NCBI GenBank assembly: GCA_002504905.1
Contig: DATY01000019.1
Span: 30,326-94,325, forward strand
From: Euryarchaeota archaeon UBA605
GTDB lineage: Archaea; Thermoplasmatota; Poseidoniia; Poseidoniales; Thalassarchaeaceae
Direction: 5' to 3'
Length of the DNA: 64,000 nucleotides
Under the pieces are notes generated by a model. The model saw nothing but the letters and a program-made list of their open reading frames with translations. It was not told the origin of the DNA and searched no databases. Below are positions 9,958 to 19,431 of this stretch, one piece after another. Made by a program: the position numbers and the translations under genes. Position 1 is the first letter of the stretch, and each line of letters starts with the position of its first letter.

Positions 9958-12519
9958 ATGAGAATGTTTGTGGCACACTCTAGCGGAGACTCGGAAAAGA
10001 CCATCCAACATCTGGGATTGTCTCCTGATATAGTCAAATTTTTAAGAGAAAAATGGGGGATTAAAGAGCTATATCCTCCTCAACAAGATGCTTTGCCTCA
10101 TGCACTAGATGGAAAAAATCTAATGTTAACTATTCCAACTGCCAGTGGAAAATCACTTGTTGCGCATTTGACTATAGCACACAGATTGAAGCATGATTTG
10201 ATTAATCAAAAAGCTGTTTACGTAGTTCCTCTAAAGGCATTAGCTAGTGAGAAATATGATGAACTGAAAGAAATTGCCGATGTTGTAGGGCTAAAAGTAG
10301 CACTAGCCATAGGAGATAGGTCCGGAGAAATTAATTCAATTGAAGATTCAGACATTTTAATCTGTACAAGTGAGAGGTTAGACTCTTTATTGAGGAATAG
10401 ATCAGATTTAATTTCAGATATTGGAATAATTGTTACTGATGAATTTCATTTATTACATGATCATTCTAGAGGCCCTACATTAGAAGTATTAATCTCTAGA
10501 ATAAGGCATAAGAAACCCAATGCGCAGATAATTGCCCTTTCAGCAACAGTTGGTAACAGTGAAGAATTAGCAAAATGGTTAGATGCAGAATTGATTCAAT
10601 CAGAATGGAGGCCAGTCAGTCTTCACTCTGGAACTTTAACTGGATTAGAGGTTAAAGTACACCGAATAGACGGAAAAGGTGGTGAAAAATTACCTAAACC
10701 AAGAATAATTAACGGAGAAAAAGAAAAAATCTTGCAATCGGCACTAGATGATACAATTGCCGAAGAAGGTCAATTACTAATTTTTGTTAATTCAAGGAAA
10801 AGTTCTCAAAAAGAATCCAGAGAATTATCCAAACATGTATTAAAACGTGTTAAAGATGAGCCTAAATTTGACAATGGAGATAGGTTTGTAAAATTAAATA
10901 AAATTGCAGAATCAATCAATCAAAATGAGGATTCCTCGCCTTTAGGAAAGAAATTATCTAACTCAATAAAAGGAGGTGTTGCCTTCCATCATGCAGGACT
11001 GAGTAATGGGCAGAGAAAAAAGGTGGAAGAATTGTTCAAAAATGGAGACATTTTTTGTATAGTTGCAACTCCAACTCTAGCTCAGGGAGTTAATTTACCT
11101 GCTAGAAGAGTAGTAATTAGAGATGTAAAAAGATGGAGTTCAGCCGCCAGTAGAAATATGCCAATGCCGATTATGGAAATAAAGCAGATGTTGGGAAGAG
11201 CTGGAAGACCAAAATATGACAAGAAAGGCGATGCTTGGATTGTCTCAAAGAATCAGGATGAGGAAATTAAAAATGTTGAACATTTTCTGCTAAGTGAACC
11301 GGAAAATGTAACCTCTAAATTAGCGAATCCAAACGCTATTACTGCAGAAGAAGATCCAGCATTATTAACCCATATTCTCTCATTAATTGCTACAAGTGAT
11401 ATGAATGATAGAGATGCTTTAGGTAAATTTTTTAGTAAAACATTCTTATCAACACATTTGGAATCAGAGGATCTAGAAAATCAAATTGATAGAGTAATAA
11501 AATGGCTTTCTGACAATGATATGATAATTAAGGAAGGAGAATCTGAAAGAGTAAAAAATAGGATTCTTAAAGAAATAGATAATGAAAATTCTGAAGATAA
11601 TTGGGACGATGATATTCCTAGTTGGGCAGAATCAGCAAAAAATATCTCAGGAATTAGCATCAATAGGGAAAATCATAACGAGAAATTTGGTGCTATGCCA
11701 AGGAAGGGCCCTGCAATTTTTGGTTTTAAGAAAGCAAGTAATTATGAAGTCGAGGAAGTTGAAATTCCAGATCCACCTACAATGGTTTATTCCGCCACTT
11801 CTTTGGGATTAAGAGTCTCAAGACTGTATCTAAATCCAGTCTCAGGAAAGATACTCAAGGATGGATTATCTAATGCTATGGAAATCTTAACAGGTATTGA
11901 TTTGGAAAGACAAATTTCACCCTTTAGTCTACTACACTTAGTCACATGTACGCCAGATTTCATACCATTATGGCCACAAAAGAAAGATCTAGAGAAAATA
12001 CAAGATGCACTTTTTGGACATGAAAGAGAATTACTAATGCAAAGTGTAGATTTAGATGATGAAAGAAGAATGAAAGGGGCTCTAGTTTTACAATCATGGA
12101 TAGAAGAAACAAGTATAAATGATCTAGAAACGGAATGGAATGTACAACCTGGAGACTTAAGAAGTAGGGTGGATTTAGCAGAATGGCTTCTTTATTCAAC
12201 TAGAATAATTCTCATGGAAGATGAAGAATTATCAAGAATGGATAAAGAATCACATCGTGTACTATTTGAGGCGATAGATGAAACACATAGAAGAATGAGA
12301 TATGGTTGTAAATCTGATCTTATTTCGTTGGTCTCTTTGAGAGGAATAGGTAGAGTTAGAGCCAGAGAGATGGTTGAGAAATTAGGTGTTTCAAATGTTA
12401 AAGATGTGGCATTGTTGACAGAAAATGATAAGATTAAACTCTCGGAACTAAGAGGTTGGAGTATGAAATTAGTAGATAGAATAGTCAAAAATGCGATACA
12501 ATCTAAGCAAAGAACATGA
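9958..12519 (+). CDS. hel308: Ski2-like SF2 DNA helicase Hel308/Hjm
   Basis: PTASGKS, DEFH, LSAT, FHHAGL, TPTLAQGVNLPA, QMLGRAGRP, C-terminal IGRVRAR; exact start uncertain (9958-9970). Confidence 0.92.
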   Translation: MRMFVAHSSGDSEKTIQHLGLSPDIVKFLREKWGIKELYPPQQDALPHALDGKNLMLTIPTASGKSLVAHLTIAHRLKHDLINQKAVYVVPLKALASEKYDELKEIADVVGLKVALAIGDRSGEINSIEDSDILICTSERLDSLLRNRSDLISDIGIIVTDEFHLLHDHSRGPTLEVLISRIRHKKPNAQIIALSATVGNSEELAKWLDAELIQSEWRPVSLHSGTLTGLEVKVHRIDGKGGEKLPKPRIINGEKEKILQSALDDTIAEEGQLLIFVNSRKSSQKESRELSKHVLKRVKDEPKFDNGDRFVKLNKIAESINQNEDSSPLGKKLSNSIKGGVAFHHAGLSNGQRKKVEELFKNGDIFCIVATPTLAQGVNLPARRVVIRDVKRWSSAASRNMPMPIMEIKQMLGRAGRPKYDKKGDAWIVSKNQDEEIKNVEHFLLSEPENVTSKLANPNAITAEEDPALLTHILSLIATSDMNDRDALGKFFSKTFLSTHLESEDLENQIDRVIKWLSDNDMIIKEGESERVKNRILKEIDNENSEDNWDDDIPSWAESAKNISGISINRENHNEKFGAMPRKGPAIFGFKKASNYEVEEVEIPDPPTMVYSATSLGLRVSRLYLNPVSGKILKDGLSNAMEILTGIDLERQISPFSLLHLVTCTPDFIPLWPQKKDLEKIQDALFGHERELLMQSVDLDDERRMKGALVLQSWIEETSINDLETEWNVQPGDLRSRVDLAEWLLYSTRIILMEDEELSRMDKESHRVLFEAIDETHRRMRYGCKSDLISLVSLRGIGRVRAREMVEKLGVSNVKDVALLTENDKIKLSELRGWSMKLVDRIVKNAIQSKQRT

Positions 12520-12560
12520 TGACTAGAATCATTATTGAATTATAGCCTCTCGCGTGTACA

Positions 12561-13121
12561 GTGATTCGAGACCAGATGCCCTGGTTCCCCGCATGGGGAA
12601 TTAAGTTTGATAGTGAAATAATTGATTTCAAGGAAATTTTATCATCTTTCAATGAATTAAGACCTGATGAAAAATGGTTCTTATTGGCTTTCGAGGTTGC
12701 TGCCAGCGAAAAACATCTATGGACTGCCTGGTATTCAATGAAAAGAAATCAGAAAAAACAAATTATGGTTGCAAATAGTCCTGATGCGGAGTTTCTAAGA
12801 ATTATTTCCGGAACTCACCAAGTTAGAATTGCATTTGAAAATGCAGGAATTAGAAATAATGATCATGCTGCATGGATTGTAAGGCTTCCAGAAATCGAAA
12901 TTAGTGAAAATATTGACGAAAATTTAATCAATCGTGAGATTTATAATATTTATGAATTAGAAGCAAATAACCTAATTGAACGCATGAATGGTTCATTGAT
13001 ACCTCAAAGACCAAAACCTACATTGGAAGGACTAAAAAGAATAAAATACGAATATGAGATTAATGAAGAAAAGTCATTAGAGGAATGCTTTCTGCTGCAT
13101 CTAATTTCATCAAATGTATAA
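12561..13121 (+). CDS. cgi121: KEOPS complex subunit Cgi121
   Basis: EFLRIISGTHQVRIAF(E)NAGI resembles the Cgi121 E-x-L-x3-SG-x-RQI-x2-A motif; follows hel308, a known archaeal neighbourhood. Confidence 0.75.
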   Translation: MIRDQMPWFPAWGIKFDSEIIDFKEILSSFNELRPDEKWFLLAFEVAASEKHLWTAWYSMKRNQKKQIMVANSPDAEFLRIISGTHQVRIAFENAGIRNNDHAAWIVRLPEIEISENIDENLINREIYNIYELEANNLIERMNGSLIPQRPKPTLEGLKRIKYEYEINEEKSLEECFLLHLISSNV

Positions 13122-13186
13122 TCAAAAAGAAGTTTTTAGAGGGACAAACTGATATGCACGATACCTGAGCACGGAATGGGGATATC

Positions 13187-13435
13187 ATGGCGAAATACTA
13201 TGGCTACGGAAATTGCTCTAAATGTGGAATAATTTGTACCCCAGGAAACTATCTCGATTACAAAGGGAAAAGATACTGTACTGCTTGCTGGATTGAACAA
13301 GAGAATCCGGATCATCCGGATTTAGAGGCTATTAGACAAAAGGTCGAAAATGCAGTTTCTACTTGGAAACTTGCGAAATATTCTCGTGATGAGTATCACT
13401 TACCTGTTGGCCCAAAATCTATCAATAAGAGGTGA
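13187..13435 (+). CDS. Small Cys-rich (zinc-finger-like) hypothetical protein
   Basis: CSKC...C...YCTAC; purine-rich RBS; stop codon lies within the GGTGA RBS of the next gene. Confidence 0.7.
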   Translation: MAKYYGYGNCSKCGIICTPGNYLDYKGKRYCTACWIEQENPDHPDLEAIRQKVENAVSTWKLAKYSRDEYHLPVGPKSINKR

Positions 13436-13439
13436 TAAT

Positions 13440-15140
13440 TTGTCATTTGTTCCAGATGATTTTGATGCTTCTTCATGGGAAAATATCGAGCCATATGTTT
13501 CTGATTTAATCAGCAGAAAATTAACTTGTTCAAGTTGTATTGAAAAATTAATTTCAGATTCTTCAAATCTTGCAGAGCATATTTCAGAGACTGGCGCATT
13601 ACTTTACATAGGTATGACTTGCGATACAGAGAATGAAAAGAAAAAGAGTGATTTTTTACATTTTGTAGAAAATATTAGGCCTAAGCTCTCTGAATTTTCT
13701 GATAATTTGAATAGAAGAATCGCAGAGCATCCATCACTCACAGATTTACCAGAAAGGTATTCTTTAATGGTTAGAGGAATAATTTCTGATATTGAGATTT
13801 TTAGAACAGAAAATATTCCATTAGGAGTTGAACAAACTAAACTTGTGACAAAAGCTCAAGGAATTACTGGAGCAATGACTGTAGATTTTGAAGGAAAAGA
13901 AAGGACATTTCCTGAAATGAAGGTTTTCTTAGAATCAAATGATAGAGAAAAAAGAGAAAAGGCTTGGAAAAAGATGGTAAGTAGATGGATGAGGGATTCG
14001 GAAGAATTATCTGAAATATTCGATCAATTAATAAAAATCAGACACCAAATTGCTATTAATGCAGGATTTGATTCCTACACTAATTACATGTTCAGAGCCA
14101 TGCATAGATTTGATTATTCAGTTGAAGATTGTTTAACTTTCCATGACTCAATTGAAAAGGTTTGTATGCCAATAATTAATGAAATTAATGAGAAAAGACG
14201 TATGGCTTTTGGTTTAGATAAGCTATCTCCATGGGATGTGAATGAAAAGTCTGGAAGTGGTCCAGATATTAATGGGAAAAAGCCTCTCAAACCATTTGAA
14301 TCTGTAGAAGAGATGGTTTCAAAATTATCTCAATTATTCCATAATATGTCAAGAGATTTAGGAATAAAATTTGATAAATTAGTTGAGATGGATACGTTAG
14401 ATTTGGAGACTAGGAAAGGTAAGGCACCGGGAGGATACCAATATTATCTGGAAAAAAGTCGAGTTCCTTTTATTTTCATGAATGCTGCTGGTTTACAGGG
14501 CGATTTAGAAACTATGATCCATGAATCAGGACATGCATTTCATTCACTTTACTGTGGTCACTTAGACTTAATCGATGAAAGAAACTATCCAATCGAATTT
14601 GCAGAAGTTGCATCAATGTCAATGGAATTACTAACTCAAGATGAGTGGGGAATATTTTACGAAAATAATGACGAAGTAAATAGAGCGAAAATCTCTCATT
14701 TAGAAGGTGTGGTATATTTGTTACCATGGATTGCTACAATAGATGCATTTCAACATTGGATATATGCTAATCCGAATCATACTAGAAGTGAAAGAATAGA
14801 ACATTGGTTATCACTTAGAGAAAGATTTGGTTCAGATATGGATTGGGAAGGTAACGAAAGCTTCCGTGAATTATCTTGGCAACAACAAGGACATTTGTAT
14901 GGGGTTCCATTCTATTATGTCGAATATGGCATCGCACAATTAGGAGCATTGCAGCTTTGGCAAACGCATAGAAGAAATCCTGAAAAGGCATTAAAAGACT
15001 ATTCTAATGCTATGGAATTAGGGAATACAAAGACTTTACCTGATTTATTTGCAGCCGCAGAATTAGAACTTGGCTTCGATGAAAAACATCTCGGTTCACT
15101 AATTAAAGAAGTTAATATTGCAATGTCCGAAATGAAATAG
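13440..15140 (+). CDS. M3 family oligoendopeptidase (PepF-like)
   Basis: HESGH Zn motif, EFAEVASMSME, RKGKAPGGY, HLYGVPFYYVEYG; TTG start at 13440 after GGTGA. Confidence 0.92.
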   Translation: MSFVPDDFDASSWENIEPYVSDLISRKLTCSSCIEKLISDSSNLAEHISETGALLYIGMTCDTENEKKKSDFLHFVENIRPKLSEFSDNLNRRIAEHPSLTDLPERYSLMVRGIISDIEIFRTENIPLGVEQTKLVTKAQGITGAMTVDFEGKERTFPEMKVFLESNDREKREKAWKKMVSRWMRDSEELSEIFDQLIKIRHQIAINAGFDSYTNYMFRAMHRFDYSVEDCLTFHDSIEKVCMPIINEINEKRRMAFGLDKLSPWDVNEKSGSGPDINGKKPLKPFESVEEMVSKLSQLFHNMSRDLGIKFDKLVEMDTLDLETRKGKAPGGYQYYLEKSRVPFIFMNAAGLQGDLETMIHESGHAFHSLYCGHLDLIDERNYPIEFAEVASMSMELLTQDEWGIFYENNDEVNRAKISHLEGVVYLLPWIATIDAFQHWIYANPNHTRSERIEHWLSLRERFGSDMDWEGNESFRELSWQQQGHLYGVPFYYVEYGIAQLGALQLWQTHRRNPEKALKDYSNAMELGNTKTLPDLFAAAELELGFDEKHLGSLIKEVNIAMSEMK

Positions 15141-15162
15141 TCGGACTAGCCGAGGTCTAAAA

Positions 15163-16167
15163 TCAATCCTTTAGACCTTCGGCTGTCACGGTAAAGACCG
15201 CTTCTCCCTCTGGAAGATTAGGGCTATCGATTAGACGGGCTATTCGTCTACCTCCCTTTGATTTTCTCAGATAGAGACGGAATGTGCTTGCATGACCTAC
15301 TATATGTCCTCCAATAGCTTTAGTTGGATCACCCCATAATGCCGCAGGATTAGACATTACTTGGTTTGTAACCAACACTAGAGCATTTTGAACATCTGAT
15401 AGTTGTTTTAATTCTTTGAGGTGCTTATTCAATTTCTGTTGTCTTGATGCTAACATTCCTCTACCTACGAACTCTGCACGGAAATGACTTGTTAGAGAAT
15501 CAACAATTACTAACTTTACATCAATTGATTTTGCCATTCTTTTAATTTCATCAACTAATAACATCTGATGAGCAGAGTTGTAAGCACGTGCTACATGAAT
15601 TCTATCTAGAGCGTCCTGAGGATCCATACCTACTGCTTCTGCCATTTGTGCTATTCTTTCCGGCCTAAAGGTATCTTCAGTGTCAATATAAAATACTTCA
15701 CCGTTTAATCCACCTTGAGATGTAGGAAGGATTGTATTTACAGCTAATTGATGCCCAATTTGAGTCTTGCCACTTCCAAATTCACCGAATACTTCACAGA
15801 TTGATTGTGTTTCGAAACCGCCGCCCAGTAATTCATCCATTGCGGAAGTACCTGAGGTTAATTTTTGTACGGTTTTACGGCGTTCTAATAGTGCATTCCC
15901 ACTTATGAAACCACCGATATTTGCTAACTTTTTTGCTGCTTGAATAATTTTCGACGATACTGCTTCACCCAATTCAGCCTGTTCGGCCAATTCCATGGGA
16001 CTCATGACTGCTATTGCTAGCAGTTCTTCGAAACCCGCTTCCCTTAGTTTTTCTGCAGTAGCAGGACCTACCCCTGGAAGATCTTCTATAGTCATCTCCG
16101 GTTCATCTACATCTATTGTAATTTCATTTTCGTCCATATTCTCGCTAGCCGTTTTCTTCGTCATCAT
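15163..16167 (-). CDS. radA: DNA repair and recombination protein RadA
   Basis: N-terminal HhH (LPGVGP), [41 protein letters not shown]; no intein. Confidence 0.97.
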   Translation of the reverse strand: MMTKKTASENMDENEITIDVDEPEMTIEDLPGVGPATAEKLREAGFEELLAIAVMSPMELAEQAELGEAVSSKIIQAAKKLANIGGFISGNALLERRKTVQKLTSGTSAMDELLGGGFETQSICEVFGEFGSGKTQIGHQLAVNTILPTSQGGLNGEVFYIDTEDTFRPERIAQMAEAVGMDPQDALDRIHVARAYNSAHQMLLVDEIKRMAKSIDVKLVIVDSLTSHFRAEFVGRGMLASRQQKLNKHLKELKQLSDVQNALVLVTNQVMSNPAALWGDPTKAIGGHIVGHASTFRLYLRKSKGGRRIARLIDSPNLPEGEAVFTVTAEGLKD

Positions 16168-16237
16168 ACCACCTGTTTACGTATATTGGGAATACTAAAC
16201 AGTATATGAATAAACGAAGGACCCCTTGTATATTATT

Positions 16238-16286
16238 AAAGTGAAAAAAAGTATTTCAGCCTATCAGTTACCCTTTTTTTCACTTT
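16238..16286. repeat. Perfect 14-bp inverted repeat (AAAGTGAAAAAAAG / CTTTTTTTCACTTT, 21-nt spacer) between the tRNA 3' end and the radA promoter
   Basis: Arms at 16238-16251 and 16273-16286 read directly; function (terminator or operator) unknown. Confidence 0.7.
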
Positions 16287-16303
16287 CAGTTTATTTTCAG
16301 TTT

Positions 16304-16381
16304 TGGTATCGAGTGGTGGATTTGAACCACCGGTCTCCGGGTTATGAGCCCGACGAGATAACCTGACTACTCCAACTCGAT
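16304..16381 (-). tRNA. Initiator tRNA-Met (CAT), CCA encoded
   Basis: Reverse complement ATCGAGTTGGAGTAGTCAGGTTATCTCGTCGGGCTCATAACCCGGAGACCGGTGGTTCAAATCCACCACTCGATACCA folds as a cloverleaf; A1-U72 pair; GGG/CCC in the anticodon stem. Confidence 0.95.
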
Positions 16382-16490
16382 AGTCTGCCCTGAGGCCTTA
16401 CTTATTTGAAGACGTCTAGAAAGATTTTTGCACATTTACATATGATAACAGTCATGTGGTGTCAGTTAACCCGAGTATATTGGAGACGCT

Positions 16491-17849
16491 ATGAAAGGTA
16501 GATTACTAGTACAAAACGCGATGATGGTTCTTCCTAATAGGATTGTCCAAGGTGATCTACGTGTCAGCAATGGCTTAATCAAAACTATAGCTCCTATGGG
16601 AGGCCTTCAACCTGAAATGGATGAAGTGATTATAGATGCTACTGGGCTACACTTATTGCCGGGTGCGATTGATCCTCATGTTCACTTTCGAGATCCGGGA
16701 AATCCAGAAAAAGAAGATCTAGAAAGTGGAAGTAGAGCAGCAGCAGCAGGAGGAATTACTTCATTTTTGGATATGCCGAATACATCTCCTAATGCAACTA
16801 ATCGATTAGCCATAGAAGAAAAAATAAATCAAGCTCAGAAAAAGGCGGTTACTCACCATGGATTTTTCATTGGTGCTACGAATAACAATATTTCAGACCT
16901 ACAAAATGTTGAAGGAATGGATGGAGTCTGTGGAATCAAAATTTTCATGGGAAGTAGTACAGGAGATTTACTGGTTCATGAACAAAAATATCTAGAAAAT
17001 ATATTTGCAAATACCGGAGGAATTATTGCCACTCATGCAGAAGATGAAAAAAGGTTACAATCAAGAATTTCAAAATATAAGCACCGAAAGGACATTGCAG
17101 CACATGCTGAATGTAGAGACATTGAATGCGCACTAATAGCTACAAAAAGAGCGTCTGCTTTAGCTAAGGATTATGATCATCGCTTACATATTGTTCATTT
17201 GACAAGTGGGAAAGAGGCAGATTGGTTGGCATCCAATAAAGGAGATTTAATCACTACAGAAGTTTGTACACAGCACCTTACTTTCAATCAAGATGATGTT
17301 GAAAAACTTGGAGTTCGAGCATTAATGAATCCCCCAATAAGATATACAGAAGACAGAGAAAAACTTTGGAATAGACTCAAGGATGGAACTATTGATTGCA
17401 TCGTTACTGACCATGCTCCTCATACTTTAGAATCAAAATCAGTCGGATTTCCGAATGCCCCTGCTGGAATGCCCGGAGTAGAAACATCACTCCCTCTAAT
17501 GCTTACACACGCTGTGGAAGGAAAGTGTTCAGTATCTGAAGTTGTAAAATGGATGTGCGCTGGTCCTGCCAAAGTTTACGGAATTAAAAATAAAGGACAT
17601 CTTAAAGAAGGATATGATGGAGATTTAGCTCTAGTTGATTTAGAAAATCGTAGGATTATTCAAGACTCTGACACATGGACTAAAGTTGGTTGGACTCCAT
17701 ATCAAGGAATGGAACTAACAGGATGGCCGATGTATACAATTGTAGATGGTAATGTAGTTCATACACGTGACCCTGAAGGGCCCCTAAGAGGGAATTCTAT
17801 TTCTCTCCCAGGTAGTAATGGTAGAGTCTTGGAGTTCAACAAAATTTAA
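16491..17849 (+). CDS. pyrC: Dihydroorotase (amidohydrolase superfamily)
   Basis: DPHVHFRDPG, AAAAGG, DMPNT, KIFMG, HAED, HIVH, MNPPIR, TDHAPH, GMPGVET. Confidence 0.88.
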   Translation: MKGRLLVQNAMMVLPNRIVQGDLRVSNGLIKTIAPMGGLQPEMDEVIIDATGLHLLPGAIDPHVHFRDPGNPEKEDLESGSRAAAAGGITSFLDMPNTSPNATNRLAIEEKINQAQKKAVTHHGFFIGATNNNISDLQNVEGMDGVCGIKIFMGSSTGDLLVHEQKYLENIFANTGGIIATHAEDEKRLQSRISKYKHRKDIAAHAECRDIECALIATKRASALAKDYDHRLHIVHLTSGKEADWLASNKGDLITTEVCTQHLTFNQDDVEKLGVRALMNPPIRYTEDREKLWNRLKDGTIDCIVTDHAPHTLESKSVGFPNAPAGMPGVETSLPLMLTHAVEGKCSVSEVVKWMCAGPAKVYGIKNKGHLKEGYDGDLALVDLENRRIIQDSDTWTKVGWTPYQGMELTGWPMYTIVDGNVVHTRDPEGPLRGNSISLPGSNGRVLEFNKI

Positions 17850-17918
17850 TTCCTACAGGTTTCACCTTCTGGACCATCTGACATGACCATCAGATTATGA
17901 ATAAGTTGGTATATTGAT

Positions 17919-18098
17919 TTACAATGTATTAGGAGAATTAGGAATTAATGTTATTGTTACCGGGTCTACCTCCTCAGATTCTTCATCATCCATGGCAGTC
18001 GATGTTTCAACGGCTACATCGCTTTCAGCGGAGCCGAGGCTTTGAGTGCCGGCTAAAAAAATCAGCGCAGCAAGTTGTATGTTCAATTCCTGATCCAT
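17919..18098 (-). CDS. Small acidic protein of 59 aa, absent from the ORF track: MDQELNIQLAALIFLAGTQSLGSAESDVAVETSTAMDDEESEEVDPVTITLIPNSPNTL
   Basis: Translated by hand; visibly more GC-rich than the flanking spacer; TATA-like TTTATATTAA about 25-35 nt upstream. Confidence 0.55.
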   Translation of the reverse strand: MDQELNIQLAALIFLAGTQSLGSAESDVAVETSTAMDDEESEEVDPVTITLIPNSPNTL

Positions 18099-18391
18099 CG
18101 ATACTCATTTTGATGATACATACTTAATATAAATCACTATTTGAGTCATACTTGCATCAAGAGAGAAAATCGTTTAAAATTAGCATTATTCAATAATTTC
18201 TAATGAATAAGACGATTTTAAACCATTATTTATTAAATCAGCTAATTTTTACTTAGGTCTTTTAGAAAAATTATTACCATTAATATACTCATATTTCCTT
18301 AGTTCTGTGATATGATAAACTTGGTTAATTGTTTTGACATCTATAATCGTCGTGTTGAAGAAGTGATGCTCTTGTGTAGGGGTGAAAACTG

Positions 18392-19426
18392 ATGAGCGAG
18401 TACCAGCGAAATGAAGATGAAGGTTCGGAAGAATTTGTTGAATCTATGTTGACTTCTGCCCGTTCAGTGATACGTACTTGCCTACAAATGAGGTCTTTCG
18501 AAACCATATTAATAGTTACAGATCCTGAAAGTTCGGTTATCGGGAGAGCATTGTATGAAGCTTCAGCAGAAGTAACTGACAGAACTCTAATGATGATGAT
18601 GCCAACGTCTCATAAAAAAGGGAGTGAACCCCCAGATTATGTTGCTGAATTGATGAGAAAACAAGATGTTGTTATTCTCGCCACTAAAAGTTCGATGACA
18701 CACACTAAAGCTAGAATAAATGCATCAAGAACTGGTAGAACAAGAATTATTTCTATGCCAGGCATTAGTGAGTTAATGTTTTCAACTGGTGGAATGACTG
18801 CAGATTACAACGCTCTACAAAAAGAATTGTCAGGACTGACATCATTGTTTAGGAGAAAAAGAGATGTGAAAGTAACTTCTCCAGCAGGTACTGATATCAC
18901 GTTCAGTATTGGGGCAAAGTGGAGAACAGATGATAATGGAATTTGCAATAGGCCAGGACAAGTAATGAATTTACCGTCAGGAAGAGTTTTCGTATTTCCA
19001 AAAGAAGAAACAATGAACGGGAAAATAGTCATTGATGGTTCTTGGGAAGGAGCAATAGTTGATGAGCCAATTGTAATGGAAATTGAAAATGGAGTTGTTA
19101 CTAATATATCTGAAAGCGGTTTCACTGAAGAAATAAACTCAACTTTTGATGAATTAAGTAAATCTTTGAATAAGAACAAAGCAGCAATAGTAAAAACAGT
19201 TGCAGAGTTTGGATTTGGAATGAATGCGAGAGCTAAAGTAATCGGAAATTTACTTGAAGATCAAGTAGTTCGTGGGGCTGCACACTTCATTCTGGGCGAC
19301 AATTCGGCATATGGTGGTAAAAACAACATAGGTTTGCAAATGAGAGGAGTGATTTTGAAGCCAACAATTGAATTAAAAGATGTAGATTTAGTAAAGGACG
19401 GAAAAATAATTGCTCGTAGGAGCTGA
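18392..19426 (+). CDS. M29 (aminopeptidase T/AmpS-like) homologue, probably catalytically degenerate
   Basis: GTDITF, NLPSG, GKIVIDGS, AEFGFGMN and HFILGDN fold signatures; several metal ligands substituted; GGTGA RBS. Confidence 0.8.
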   Translation: MSEYQRNEDEGSEEFVESMLTSARSVIRTCLQMRSFETILIVTDPESSVIGRALYEASAEVTDRTLMMMMPTSHKKGSEPPDYVAELMRKQDVVILATKSSMTHTKARINASRTGRTRIISMPGISELMFSTGGMTADYNALQKELSGLTSLFRRKRDVKVTSPAGTDITFSIGAKWRTDDNGICNRPGQVMNLPSGRVFVFPKEETMNGKIVIDGSWEGAIVDEPIVMEIENGVVTNISESGFTEEINSTFDELSKSLNKNKAAIVKTVAEFGFGMNARAKVIGNLLEDQVVRGAAHFILGDNSAYGGKNNIGLQMRGVILKPTIELKDVDLVKDGKIIARRS

Positions 19427-19431
19427 TAACA

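Noticed and set aside
11530..11781. Intein in Hel308 (RadA also checked)
   Set aside because: No C/S start with HN-C/S/T end, too short, and no endonuclease motifs; RadA has normal length
16167..16490. tRNA as an integration site for a provirus or island
   Set aside because: No integrase nearby, I saw no duplicated tRNA 3' end, and the flanks are core genes (radA, pyrC)
18160..18250. Short inverted repeats (AAAATCGT/ACGATTTT, TTATTCA/TGAATAA, AAAATTAGC/GCTAATTTT) suggesting an ncRNA
   Set aside because: Short and very AT-rich, so expected by chance; no recognisable RNA family
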